DNA of 63,986 nt, the filler included, from Fonticula-like sp. SCN 57-25 (Eukaryota), in the NCBI GenBank assembly GCA_001724245.1. It is 3 parts of 3 records of this genome, joined end to end, with 100 filler letters (N's around TTAATTAATTAA, not from the genome) between each part and the next. Parts side by side here need not be neighbours in the genome. Positions count along the whole stretch, not along the records: positions 47,992 to 63,986 come from MEDX01000129.1; 2 more parts are not named here. One strand, given 5' to 3'. A program made the translations under genes and the position numbers. The notes under the pieces are model-generated. The model saw nothing but the letters and a program-made list of their open reading frames with translations, ran no database searches and was not told the origin of the DNA. Below, in pieces: positions 50,374-63,986 of this stretch; position 1 is the stretch's first letter; every line of letters starts with the position of its first letter.

Positions 50374-50949
50374 ATGGCGGCGGCGGTGAGCTGCATCGCG
50401 GTGATCGGCCGGCAGAATAACCCGCTTTTCCTAAAAAGCTTCCCGCCCGTAGTGGCGGGCGGCGTGGCTTCCCTTTCCAAGCCAAAGCCGTTTGCCGACA
50501 TGCAGGACCTAAAGTTCCATTATGTGGTTCACACGAGCCTGGACATGATTGAGGAGAAAGGTACGGCGCCCTGATCGCACCGCCGGACGGTGTACTTAAC
50601 TTTTGCGTAGTGGCGACCATAAAGTCCGGGGAGATGTATCTGGGGCACCTTTACACGTTTGCGGACCAGCAGGTGTACGGGTACATTACGAATACCAAGG
50701 TCAAGTTTGTAATAATCATCTCCAACCCGAACGATGCCGTCCTCCGCACAGCCGACATTGTTCAGGTACGGGCGTGTTTATGCAGTCATCTCCATTGACA
50801 CGTATCTTTTTCTGTAGCTTTTCCAGCGGCTGCACGCCGCCTACATTGCGCTTGTGAGCAACCCTTTCTTTGTTGCTGACTCCAAGGACCCAGTCACATC
50901 GCCGCGGTTCATCGCCAACGTTGTTTCCATCGCCGACTCGTTCCGCTGA
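50374..50949 (+). CDS. TRAPPC2L: TRAPP subunit 2-like (sedlin family)
   Basis: CIAVIGRQNNPLFL, LKFHYVVHTSLDMIEEK, EMYLGHLY, VYGYITNTKVKFV, FQRLHAAY...SNPF. Confidence 0.92.
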
Positions 50950-51053
50950 GCGGCGCGCGGCTCATCTCCCAAGTGTACCCATACATTACCACTGTAAATA
51001 AACGCAATTTCTTCTTTGATACTGTTTTTTATTATCACGTACAAGAACGCCGT

Positions 51054-52979
51054 TTACTTGATGTTTGCCTTGACGATAGACTCGACGGTGAGCTTCTGGC
51101 CGTTGACGGTGAGCGGCTCGCCCTTGTAGACGACGTCGCACGACGCCGAGGTGGTGAGGTCAGCCGAGACGGTCTCAAAGATCTTCTTCTTCGGGTTGAG
51201 CTGCTCATCAGGCTGGCCGGGGAAGGCCGCGACGGTGACGCGGTCTCCGGGCTTGGCACCCTCGGGCACGCGCACCAGCTCGAGCTTGGTCTCGTTGGAC
51301 GCCGCAAGGATCATGCCCTCGGACTTTACGCCGCGCATAGCCTGAAAAAAAGTCAGCATCAAAAGCAACGGAAAGAGTTAAAGGTTCGTACGGCGGGCTT
51401 GAGGTTGCAGACAAAGACGGCGAGGCGGCCCTTGAGCGCCTCGGCGGGCATGTGCTTGACAAGGCCCGAGATGACCGTGCGCGGCTCAGCCTCGCCGAGG
51501 TCGACCTTTTCAATGTAGAGCGAGTCGGCGTCGGGGTGCTTCTCGACGCTGACAATGAGGCCGACGCGCATGTCGACGCGCGAAATGTCCATGTTGTCGT
51601 TCTTGACGACGGCCGACGCGCCGCCGGCGACCGCCGACGCCTTGGCGGGCTTGTCCGAGCGCTTCTCGGGGGCAGCCACCTGCTTGGCCTCGACCTTGTC
51701 AGTCGGGTACGCGCGCGCGACGAGCGCCTTCATCTCGGGCGTCGAAAAGGCCTCGCGGATCGGCTTGAGCAGCGCATTGAGCGCGTCGCGCACGCCGAGC
51801 TTGAGGTCGGCGGGGAAGAGCTGCAGGCAAAAAGTCAGCAACTAAAATCAAGCCCATGTGGTTCGCACCGTCTTGGCGGCAAAGGCGTCCTCGACGGCCT
51901 GGTAGTTGTCAAAGGTGAGCGCGCCGCCAAACTTTTCGGGGCGGTTGATGGTGAAGGTGGACTGGCCGCGGAGCGAGTAGAGCGGGAAGAGGACAAACTT
52001 GACAAAGGAAAGAACGCCGTTGTTCTCAATGTTGCCCTCCTCGCAAAAGGCCTTGTTGATCTTGCGGTTGACCGCGCTCTCCTCGTCGAGCAGGTCAATC
52101 TTGGAGTCGGCCTCGGACGAGCTCATCTTGGTGCCGGCGAGGCCGGGAACCATCGGGTTCATAAGGTGTGCGCGCTTGCCGTAGCCCATCTGCGGAAGGT
52201 ACTTTTCGGCAAAGGTGAAGATCTTGCGCTGATCGACGCCGCCAAACTGCGCGTCCACCTTGAGGTACTCCTCGTCGAGGGCCTGCAGCAGGGGGTACAG
52301 GAGGCCCGAGAGGAGGGGCGAGGCGACCTGCTTGACGACCTCGGCACCGGCCTTCTTGGCGTCGTGCTCAGAGACAAGCGAGGTGAGCTTGTAGGTGTCG
52401 AGCGTGTACTCGCGGCTCAGCTGGTAGTCGGTACCGCGCACAAACTTGAGCTGTCAGGGGAAAGGCGAAAAAGTGAGCGAAACGAAAAAAAAAGAGCCGC
52501 AAGGGTCGCCAACACAACGCGTACCTTGTCGGTGGAGACGCCGATGGACTGGAGGAGCGCCTTGATGACGGCCTTTACAAACCGTGTCAGAGCCTTTCCG
52601 GTCAAACAAAGTAAAACACGCGCACCTCGTAGTAGTCCGTGCGGTGCTTGAGCAGCTCCCACGGCGCCTTCATGTTGTCCAGGTAGGCGTGGAGGTCGGC
52701 AAAGAGGATGGTGACCTCGCAGCCGGCCGCCAAAAAGTCGGCAATCTTGGTCATCGGCACAAAGTAGCCAATGTGCGGGCGGCCAGTCGTGGCCGTTCCC
52801 CAGTACACGCGGAGGTCGCGCTCGGCGAGCACCTCCTTGAGGCGCTCCTCGCCGAGCCACTCCTGGAGACCGCGCGTGATAAGGTCAAGCTTCTGCTGAG
52901 CGTCGAGAACACTATAATTACACAAACGCCCGCGTTAGCCCGCCGGCCGCAGCCCATCCCGCCCGACGTACCCGGCCAT
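51054..52979 (-). CDS. YARS: Cytosolic tyrosyl-tRNA synthetase with a C-terminal EMAP-II-like tRNA-binding domain
   Basis: [45 protein letters not shown], then [28 protein letters not shown]...[17 protein letters not shown]...LNPKKKIFE. Confidence 0.96.
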
Positions 52980-53069
52980 GATGGCGCAACAGCAGCGCAA
53001 CAGGGCTATGCAAATTGCAATCCAGTTTGCAGTTTTCCGAGGCGTTACGTGCACGCGGCGAGATCAGAC

Positions 53070-53583
53070 ATGGACGCGCCCGAGGTCGTGCTCAGCGCGC
53101 GTTTCGGCGAGCTGGAGGAGCTTACGCAGCTCGTGGATGCCGGTGCTAGCCTGAAAGTTGCCGACGCGTCGGGCAACACGGCGCTCCACATGGCTGCGGC
53201 CAACGGCCACGCTGGTACGCCCTGCCTCCCTCGTGGTTGCCGCTCACCCCCTCGATCCAGATGTCGTGCAGTACCTGTTGACAAAGCTGACGGTGGAAGA
53301 CCTCAACGCGGTCAACCAAAAGGGCAACACTGCTCTTCACTGGGCTGCGCTCACCGGCAAGCTTGATGTTGTTCAGCTTTTGCTCACCGCCGGCGCCAAT
53401 CCGAATGCCGTGAACGACACTGGCGCTACGCCGATCGACGAGGCCATCCAGGGCGATCACACTGCTGTCTGCGAGGCCATCTCGACGACGCCCGGGTTCC
53501 GCGCGCCAATACTCGACCAGGCTGAGGCGGAGGGCGTCGAGGAGGATGGCGAGGAGGAGGCGTCGGAGGAGACTGCGGCATAA
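53070..53583 (+). CDS. Small ankyrin-repeat protein, Yar1-like
   Basis: SARFGELEEL, GNTALHMAAANGH, NQKGNTALHWAALTG and an acidic tail; two exons. Confidence 0.75.
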
Positions 53584-53728
53584 TCTGCGGGATAATCTGC
53601 GGCATAGTCTGCGGCATTGCCATAGTCTGAACCACAATCGAGCATGCTTTTTCTTTCGTTGTATTAATAACGGGTTGAGTAGTACAAATGACTATATTAT
53701 CCGCGCCAATTAATTGCCTTGCACGCTC

Positions 53729-55266
<1,538 letters not shown>

Positions 55267-55499
55267 TGTCCTGCTTCCCCGACCTGCCTTTCGGACCCAA
55301 ACGTAAGTTTTGATCACTATGTAACCACCATGTGATGGTCATCAGCGGCGATGACGCACACACGATGAGAACGACGCAGAACGACCGAGAACGACCGAAA
55401 CCGACTTTTCGTCGCGTGCAGTCGAGCGGCGTGCGCAGGTTGCAGGGCCGGCCTTTCTCGTAGACAGCGCATATAGAGGCGCATCTCGACACATACACC

Positions 55500-56131
55500 A
55501 TGTCGTACTGCAAGAAGGAGGACGAAAACACAACTCTTTTCTTTGTCACCCCCGAGGATGAGTACGCTTGCCGCCTTTCTCGCATTCCGCCGCCCGCGTG
55601 TGATGGCTGACAAATGGCATAGGGCACAGTACCCCGAGCCCGAGGAGGAGCCCGAGGAGGACCGCCGCGGCATCGTTGGCCCCGTGAACTATGACACGAA
55701 GGAGATTGACTGGGAGTGCCCCTGCCTCGAGCACGCCATCAAGGGCCCGTGCGGCGAAGAGTTCAAGGCTGCCTTTACGTGCTTTTCGTTCTCGGAGGCA
55801 GAGCCGCGCGGCGTCGACTGCATCCCGCTGTTCACCGCCATGCAGCGCTGCCAAATGGACAACCAGGACTACTACCAGACGAGGATGGAAGAGAACGAGC
55901 AGGAAGCGGTGCGCATGACGGCTAGAACTTGATCGAAAGCTCACCTTGTTGTAGGCGGAGGAACAGGCAGATTCGCCATCAGAGACAGAGCAGGCCGAGG
56001 CGCCTGCGGCCGAGCCCTCGTCGGTGGAGACGGTAGCGGCGGAGCCTTCGGTGTCCGAGGCGACAGCGGTGGAGCCCGCCGCTGCCGAGGTACCAGCGGC
56101 TGCCGAGTCTGCCGAGGGTGCTTCGCATTAG
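55500..56131 (+). CDS. CHCHD4: Mitochondrial intermembrane-space oxidoreductase Mia40/CHCHD4, soluble type
   Basis: IDWECPCL (CPC motif) plus twin CX9C (CGEEFKAAFTC...CIPLFTAMQRC); first exon MSYCKKEDENTTLFFVTPEDE. Confidence 0.92.
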
Positions 56132-56349
56132 ATGTGGACCTCCTTTTGGCGCTCCTAATTATCTTGCATATTCACCCTTTCCATTGAATTGGACGAGCAG
56201 CGCGACATACACGCATGCTTCTCGTCTGCGGCCTTAAACTGTCCTATAATTGTGTATACTATAACATACCTTGCCAATGACCCTTGTCCCATCCCAAAGA
56301 TCAGTTTGCAGTCCAGTTTGCACAGCTCCAAACCCAAACAGACACCGGC

Positions 56350-58658
56350 ATGGGCGACGAGCGGCCTGCCGATGCCGAGCCGGCGAGCCCCACCGTCGAA
56401 GCGGAGCAGCGCGACTTAACTGAAGGCGTTGAGCAGCCAGAGACAATGGAGGAGACAAGCAGCGACAATGCTGATCCGTCCGAGGAATCTTCGGAGATGC
56501 CGAGCAGGGAACCGACGCCGTTGATGGCGGTTCGCAGTGCCTTTCCCCTGTCCCCGCCGCGCTAACTCGCCGTGTTAGGACTCTGCGTGGCCGGACGCCG
56601 GCCTTGCCGCCGACGAGAGCGAAAAATTTACCGAAGAGGAGATTATTGATGTTCAGGTAGAGGCGGAGGCGTCATCTGCGGCGTCTGATGCCGTCGCCTC
56701 CTCCGATGCCGATGCCTCGTTGGCGCACGATGCCAGCGAGCAGCAGCAGCAGCAGCTTGCCAACGCGCAGGCCATTGCCAACATGCTTATTGGCACGGAG
56801 CCCGACCTCGGTCCCGCGCCCGCGACGAGCAGCATTCTCGAAGATCTGGAGCTCGAACAAGAGTCTGAGCCGTCCGCAGCGCCGCCGTCAGCCGCCAAAG
56901 ACGCGCCGTCCGCGCCGCACGACGCTGCGCCCGCGCCTTCCCTTTCTTCTTCTATTTCTGCGTCCGCCGATGCGAGCGAGCCGGCGGCCGACTCGCCGTC
57001 GACGTCGCGGACATCTTCCATGCACGAAAAGCCGCGGTCGCGCGTCGCGTCCGTGTCGCACGAGGCGCCTGGTGCGCCGCCGTCCGAGGCCGACGATGAG
57101 TCTGTTGGCGGTTCATCGCTGAGCGCGCAGCTGGAGGCGCAGGTAAAGGCGGCGGTGCTTCCGCCGTCTTCGGGCGTGTACCCCTCTGGCGACGGCGGCG
57201 CCCCTTCCGGTCGGCGGCGCACGTCGACAACGTCGTCGCCCACCGGTATTTCGCGGCGCCGTAGCACGTCCGTCGCATCGCTTGAGAGCGCGACGCTTTC
57301 CCCGTCGGAAGAGGACGTTTTCGTGCGCCACCTGTGGCCGCGTCGCGCGCCTGCCAAGGGCGAAGCTACCGGCAAGGTCGGCGAGCAGCCGCTGTCGGTA
57401 CTCGACCTGGATGGTTTCACGCAGCTGCCGCCGGCCGACGACGCGCTGGGAAATATTGTGCGCCGCCACCTCGGCGCCGCGGGCATGAGCCGCCGGCGGC
57501 CGCAGCTGACCTTTACTGACGTTGATTTTACGGTGGACGGCCTCGTGCGTCTGATGGCAATGTCGTCGTGGAGCGCCGCAGTCAAGCACGCCGAAAAGCT
57601 GCTGACCACGGCGACGGTACCCGACGTCGAAGGGAGAATGCAGGTGTTCCTCTGCCGGCAAATGTCGCTTTATGCGCTGCGCCGCTACGACATCATGGCA
57701 AAGGAAATCGCCGCGTTTGGCCCGCTCACCGGCGACAACGACTATATTCCGCACGTCTTTACGGCGGGCAGCCCACTCAATGCGCGCGTGTCGGCCATCC
57801 CGATGGCGCTGCGTATCCTGCACGCGGTCCTGCCGGCCGACACGGGCAACCTGCGCGAGAGCGTGCAGCGGCTGTCGGCGCTCAAGCAGTCCATCGTGTC
57901 TGTAATTGGGGCGCTCGCATCGGACACCGAGCTTCAGGCGCTCATCTCTCGCCGCGACGGTGCGCACGAAAAGCGATTTTTACTCGTTTGCTGACTTTTT
58001 TCACAGATGCTGTGGCGCTGTGGCGGTCGCGCGAGCTGACCGTGTCGCTGCTGCTGGCCAACATGGTGCTGCGCATGCGCGACTACTCGACGGCGCTCAG
58101 GATGCTCGAGCGTCTCGTGCTGCAGAACCCGGGCGACCTGCGGCTTGTCTGTGCGCTCGGGAGGCTTAACCTGCAGATTGGCAACGTCGCTGGCGCCACC
58201 GCCATCTTTAAGAACGCAGAGGCGGTTGGCGTGGCGCACAAGGTCGACCTCGAAAAGAGCGCCTTTTTCCTCAATAACCGGTGCGGCTCTTCATTCTTTG
58301 CCTTCCTTTTGCTAATGTATCTTGCAGCGGCCTGCTGGCGCTCGCCGCGGGCAACAATGCAGCGGCCGCGCAGTCGTTTGAGCGCGTGCTGCAGTTTGAC
58401 CAGACCAACTATGTGGCGCTCAACAACCTGGCCGTCGCGCACCTTTACTCGGGGCGGCTGCGCCAGGCCATGACCCTGCTCGAGAACGCGCTGCAGCAGT
58501 TTACGACGCGCGCGCTCGGCGAGACGCTCATCTTTAACCTCTTTACGCTCTACGAGCTCGAATCGGACCAGGCACTCGAGCGCAAGAAGCGCATCCTCGG
58601 CATCATCGCGTCATCGTGCGGCGAGCACTTTAACGTCGAGTGCCTCAAGGGACTGTAG
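56350..58658 (+). CDS. TRAPPC12: TRAPP subunit 12 (TTC15)-like TPR protein
   Basis: Acidic disordered N-terminus, IPMALRILHAVLP, LGRLNLQIGN, NNLAVAHLYSGRL, LIFNLFTLYELES and C-terminal GEHFNVECLK. Confidence 0.85.
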
Positions 58659-59185
58659 CCGCATGGCAACGTGTACAAATATATAATGGAATATGGCAAC
58701 TTGGCGCGTTTATTATCCCCGCGGGTACAAGTTGGTTCCAATTCAGTCAACAGCGGAAAGAGAGTAAAAAGACAATCACAAAGAAAAGCGCGCCCATATG
58801 GTAAGGCACAAAGTGTCAACGAATGGAATAAACGGCCATCTATGGCACAGCTACAGCTAAGACTACCAACACTACTGCTAAGGCTAACCTACACAAACAA
58901 AGGAAAGAAAGAAGATGAGGAAAAGATACTTTTAAACCAAACAACGTAAAAAAGAACGAGCAGGCGGGCCGGGTACCAAGCAAGCACCCTTGCTCCTGCT
59001 GAGGCCCGCTGCTGCTCCACGCGCCTCTTACAAGGCACGCGTCGCGCACAGCAGGCCGCGTAAATGGACAACGACACAGGGAAACACAGCGAGACGGTGA
59101 AAATACGAAGCGAAATAATGAACATGCCTGCAGCGCCAAAAACGTGGCTGCCGACTTTCTCCTTCCTTTCTCTCTCTATATCGCT

Positions 59186-60606
59186 TTACGACCTGCTTGC
59201 AAACGGCTGCTGGTACGACCTCGGCCGCTGGGTGTACTCCATCGGCTGCGCAAAGGTCGCCTGCGGCACGCCGTACGCGCCGGCGGGGAACCTGTTGTCG
59301 CCGGCCATCTCGCCCGCGGTAAAGTAGTCGTCGTAAACGGCGGGGTACGCCGCGCCCGCGCGCGCCGCCGAGCCGTAGCCGGGGATCACGTACGCCGTCG
59401 CGCCAGCGCCCGCAGCGTCGTACTGCCCGCCCATCGGCGCGCCCGCAGGCGCAAGGTAGCCGTAGCCCGAGCGCCCGCTGTATCCGCGCCCGGTGCCGTT
59501 GCTGTAGTTGGAGCGCGTCGCAGCGGCCGTCGGGTAGCCAAAGCTCGCGTTAACGTAGCTCGCGGGGTACGCAAAGCCGGGCGGCGGACCAGCGACGCCC
59601 GAAATGTAGGCCGTCGTCTGCTGCGGCATGTAGGCAAACTCCTGCTGGCCGCCCGACGAACGGCGGTTGGCGGTCGACCGCTGCTCCATCCTCGAGCGCG
59701 AGCTCTTTGGCTCGGCCTTTTTCACCTCGACGCTCTGCGGCAGTGTCAGACAGGCTGATGACGGCGAGTTAAAATGTGTGCGTACCGGCTTGCCGTCGAT
59801 CTCGTGGAACTTTTGCTCGCAGGCCGCGTCGGCCGCGTCCTCGCTCTCGAAAGTGACAAAGCCAAAGCCGCGGGGCCGCCCGGTGTCGCGGTCGGTCATG
59901 AGGAGCGCCTCGACGACCTTGCCGTACTTTTCAAAGTACCGCTTGAGGAGGTCGTCGGTGGTGGTCGGCGCGACGCCGCCGACAAAGAGCTTCTTGGTGC
60001 GAAAGTCGCTCCCGAGTGGCGACGGCTTGTGCTCCCGCGGCACCGCGAGCTTCGGGTCGATGGTCTTGCCGTCGAGCGTGTGCGTCTCGGCGAGCACCGC
60101 CGCCGTCGCAGACGTGTTCGTAAAGGTCACAAAACCAAAGCCGCGGCTGCGGCCCGTTGACGAGTCGCGCATCACGACGCTGTCAGAGATCTCGCCGTAC
60201 TTTGAAAAGTAGCCGCGAAGGCCGTCCTCGGTCGTCTCCCAGCTGAGGCCGCCCACAAACATCTTGCCGGGGGTGTACGGCGACCTGAGCGATGCCGGAA
60301 AGCATGTTAGTGGCCGAAAAAAATAAATCAGCAGTTAAACATCATCGGAACGTACGAGTCAGCGTGGGAGGCGTCAGCGGGCGCGCGCGACGGCGCGGGG
60401 GGCGAGCTCAGCTCGGCGGACGACGCGGATGACGGCGCAGCGCCGGTGGCAGACGGGCTCGTCGGCTGAGTCAGCACTTCATTGGACCCCCCCGTTGACG
60501 CGAGAGGGCTAAATGCATTACTGGAATGGGCAAAAAAGTACGCGTCAGCAAGGCTTTTCGTTGGTTTTGGGCGAAAATGGCACCTTGTGGGAACATAGGC
60601 GTCCAT
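59186..60606 (-). CDS. Tandem-RRM RNA-binding protein (Musashi/DAZAP1/Hrp1 family)
   Basis: KMFVGGLSWETT, RSRGFGFVTF, TIDPKLAVPR, KKLFVGGV, RPRGFGFVTF, VEVKKAEPK and a Gly/Tyr/Ala-rich tail. Confidence 0.9.
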
Positions 60607-61199
60607 TTCGGCCGGTCAAATAGTCCACGCAAACAAGCACCTGCGATTATAAAGCAATTCCTAGTCTCACTACTACAAACCTACTGGGGACGCGGTGATA
60701 AATCGCGCCGAACGTCCAGATACTACAGCCGTTAACTACGTCAGAAAGCGTTCAAAAGATTGGCAAGAAAATAATGTCAAGGGAAAAAAGACCAGCGCCG
60801 CCCCGCGATGACGGTCGCCGCCAAAACCCCCTAAAATGAAATGCGAGCGCGCACCCTCACTGCCTCCGGACAAACCAGCTAAAAACTCGGTGCTCAAACC
60901 CTTGTGAAAATAAAAGGCCAGAAGAACCCAAGCTTTCCCTATTTACGGACGGTCGACAGAGAACGGCCGCGGAGGAGGGGGGGAGGGTAGGGTCGTGAGG
61001 GGCCAAGCGTCTGGACGGGGGAGAAGGGAAGGGGTTGTCGGATGACGTTAACAATTAATATCGACCCCGGATTCCACCCGCGATATCGCATGCGGAAGAA
61101 TGTTGAAGCAGATCGTGACTTTATCGTGACTCAGCATAGCGATCGTCCGCAATCGTCGGCAATCGCGGGGAGGGGCGGCGCGATCCGCGATCCTGGACA

Positions 61200-62327
61200 A
61201 TGTGTCGGTTCCTGCTGCTGAAGAGCAAGGAGCCGGTGCGCCTCTGCGATGTGCTCACGAACCCCGACCACTCCATCATCAAGCAATCGTATGACAGCCG
61301 TCTTCGCGTGGACGATACGCGGCCGCTGAACGGTCCGATCCCGACAGACGCGTTGTTTACCTTACTAACGGCGATCTAGGCGACGGCTTTGGGGTCGGCT
61401 GGTATGTGGACGGAGACGACACGCCGTGTGTGTTTACGAGTGTGATGCCCGCCTGGAACAACCCGAACCTTATCCGGCTCGCCGACAAGATCCGGAGCCG
61501 GCTCTTTTTTGCACACGTGCGAGCTGCGTCGGCCTCCACGCCCATCTCGGAGAGCAACTGCCACCCGTGGCAGTACATGAACTTTATGTGGATGCACAAC
61601 GGATACATTTCCGAGTTCCCAAAGGTGCGCAGCGTTTGGAAGCGTACGTTGCTAACGCGTTGGGAACGCAGATTCGGCGGCGGCTGCACGAGTCATTGCG
61701 TGACGAGCTCTTTGACATGATCACGGGCAACACAGACTCGGAGCAGATCTTTGCTCTCTTTCTCAATCAGGTGCGTATTTTTATGTTGTATGTATTGCTT
61801 ATTTGATAATCCCAGTTGGACCCGCCGCTTCACCGCGGCATCACGCTCGACGAGATTCGCGAGGCGGTGCTTCGCACGATCCGTCTCATCAACGAGTGGA
61901 GCCGCGACGCGGGCATTAAGCAGCCGTCGCTCCTCAATTTTGCCGTGTCCAATGGGCACTGCGTGCTTACAACGCGGTACAACAACGTCGAACCGGAGCA
62001 TGCCGCGTCCCTCTTTTACTCGTCCGGCACGCGCTTTGAGCGCGACGGGCCGGGGCAGTACCGCATGGTGCGTGGGGCAGCGGTGGTTTGCGATAGACTA
62101 ATGCTATGTGGCGCAGGTCAAGGTGGACAGGAGAGATACACTGGTGGTCATCGCGTCGGGTGCGCAGGGTATCCTTATTCACTTCTCTGTACTAAAACTC
62201 TACCACAGAACCGACGACGTTTAAAAAGCAAGACTGGCTCATGGTGCCCGAGAATTCAATTATCTGCATTAACGAGATGAACAGTGTACTCATACATCCC
62301 ATCAAGGACCTGCTGGACGTCTCGTAA
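61200..62327 (+). CDS. DUG3: Class II (Ntn) glutamine amidotransferase, Dug3-like
   Basis: N-terminal MCRF (Cys2 nucleophile), HSIIKQS, NGDGFGVGWY, PAWNNPNL, FAHVRAAS, NCHPW, WMHNG, GNTDSE, SLLNFAVS, ASEP. Confidence 0.88.
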
Positions 62328-62486
62328 AGCCCGCATAGACGCAGTTTTGTATACGATGTTGTAGTTTGCTGTCACGTGAATATCACTTTTACCCCTCCGA
62401 TTGATCCGCCTCCCAATAAATGGGAGCCAAGTGAACAGATTACTCAATCATCCCTTTCTCCGTCCTCCCTCCCCACGCGAAACGCA

Positions 62487-63986
62487 ATGCTGTCCAACAC
62501 TGTCGGCCAGTCGCTCGTCAAGGCGCAGCGCCTCGTCGCCTCGCGCGTCGGTGCGCGCGCTTTTGCCGCTGCCCTCCCGAACCCCGACTACAAGCCGACG
62601 TCGCTTTACGCCTGCTCCGATTCCGAGCAGATGCTCCGCGATGCCGGTACGACTCGGCTGTGACGATCGCAGCGTGCGCTAACCGGGGAATCGCACAGTG
62701 GCCAAGCTCTCCCAGGATAAGATCAAGCCGCTTGTTTCGGACATGGACGAGAAGCAGTACATGGACAAGGGTGTGATCCAGAGCCTCTTTGACGCCGGCG
62801 TACGCATGCGATCGATGCACACGAGTTTTGCGTGCTAACCTCGCGCTACCAGCTCATGGGCATTGAGACGTCGGAGAAGCACGGCGGATCTGGCATGTCG
62901 TTCATGTCGGCCATCATCACCATTGAGGAGCTTGCCCGCGTGGACCCCTCTGTTAGCGTCATGTGCGACGTCCAGGTGCGCTCTTTTCTCGACGCGATGG
63001 ATGGCCGCTCAGCTCCCTGTAGAACACCCTTGTGAACACTGTATTCAACAAGTACGCCTCTGAGGAGCTCAAGGCCAAGTACCTCCCCCAGCTTGCCCAG
63101 AAGAAGATCGGCTGCTTCTGCCTGTCTGAGGCCGGCTCGGGCTCGGACGCCTTTGCCCTCAAGGTCCGCCTCTGCGCGTGGCCACCGCGATCGTTCTGAC
63201 CCGCTGCTGTAGACCAAGGCTGTTGCCGATGGCGACCACTATGTCATTAACGGCAACAAGATGTGGATCACCAACAGCGGTGAGGCCGAGATCTTCCTCG
63301 TGTTCGCCAACGTCGACTTTAGCAAGGGCTACAAGGGCATCACCTGCTTTGTCGTCGAGAAGGAGATGGGAGTCAAGATCGGCAAGAAGGAGAACAAGGT
63401 GCGCTTTTTTTTGTTGTGCTGCTGCGTCTCCTTGTACTAATATGCTTTCAAATTAGCTCGGCATCCGCGCCTCGTCCACCTGCTCGCTCAACTTTGAGGA
63501 CATTCGCGTACGAATTTCCCGGCCTTTGGCGTCAAACTGACGCAACTTTCCGCATAGGTCCCCAAGGAGAACATCCTCGGCGAGGTCGGCAAGGGCTACA
63601 AGTACGCCATTGAGATCCTCAACGAGGGCCGCATTGGCATTGGCGCGCAGATGATTGGCCTCGCCCAGGGCGCGCTCGACAACACGATGCCCTACCTTTA
63701 CCAGCGCAAGCAGTTTGGCCAGCTCATCGGCGAGATGCAGGCCGTGCAGCACCAGTACGCCCAGGCCTTTGTTGACCTCGAGGCCGCCCGCGCGCTCGTG
63801 TACAACGCCGCGCGCCTCAAGGAGGAGGGCCAGTCCTTTGTCAAGGAGGCCGCCATGGCCAAGCTGTACGCCTCGCAGGTCGCTGAGCGCGTCGCCTCAA
63901 AGTGCGTCGAGATGATGGGCGGTGTCGGCTTCACAAAGGACCTCCCCGTCGAGAAGTTCTACCGCGATTGCAAGGTGCGTAAAGAC
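62487..63986 (+). CDS. ACADSB: Mitochondrial short/branched-chain acyl-CoA dehydrogenase (3' end beyond window)
   Basis: Presequence, [76 protein letters not shown]. Confidence 0.9.

Noticed and set aside
33288..52979. Apparent cluster of three aminoacyl-tRNA synthetases and two TRAPP subunits
   Set aside because: TyrRS is on a different contig from LysRS and HisRS, and unrelated genes intervene; consistent with chance in a compact genome.

Overview
Gene-dense, GC-rich eukaryotic genomic DNA with many short (~40-75 nt) GT-AG introns (donors mostly GTACG/GTGCG, branch points CTGAC/CTAAC). The window is three contigs joined by artificial N-TTAATTAATTAA-N spacers (28167-28266 and 47892-47991), so gene order across the spacers means nothing. 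About 33 protein-coding genes can be reconstructed by hand, mostly housekeeping: a 13-kb HUWE1/Tom1 HECT ligase, Furry/Tao3, three aminoacyl-tRNA synthetases, Cdc37, SUMO, Mad2, Rpt6, KMO, TRAPP subunits and others. The set mixes genes or domain architectures best known from animals (Abraxas/ABRO1, SMIM15, MEA1, CNPPD1, TyrRS with an EMAP-II-like domain, soluble CHCHD4, Caprin-like) with fungal-type genes (Brl1/Brr6, Yap1-like bZIP, Dug3, Psd2, Yar1, a separate mitochondrial LysRS). This suggests an early-branching unicellular opisthokont (inference). I found no transposon, CRISPR array, rRNA or tRNA. The best unexplained signals are a ~210-nt intergenic element with paired ends and an upstream TATA box (33052-33260, candidate ncRNA), a second structured intergenic element (35366-35523) and a strongly folded 5'UTR intron in RPL32. 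All identifications come from recalled motifs and manual splicing, not database searches. CDS coordinates span first to last codon including introns.
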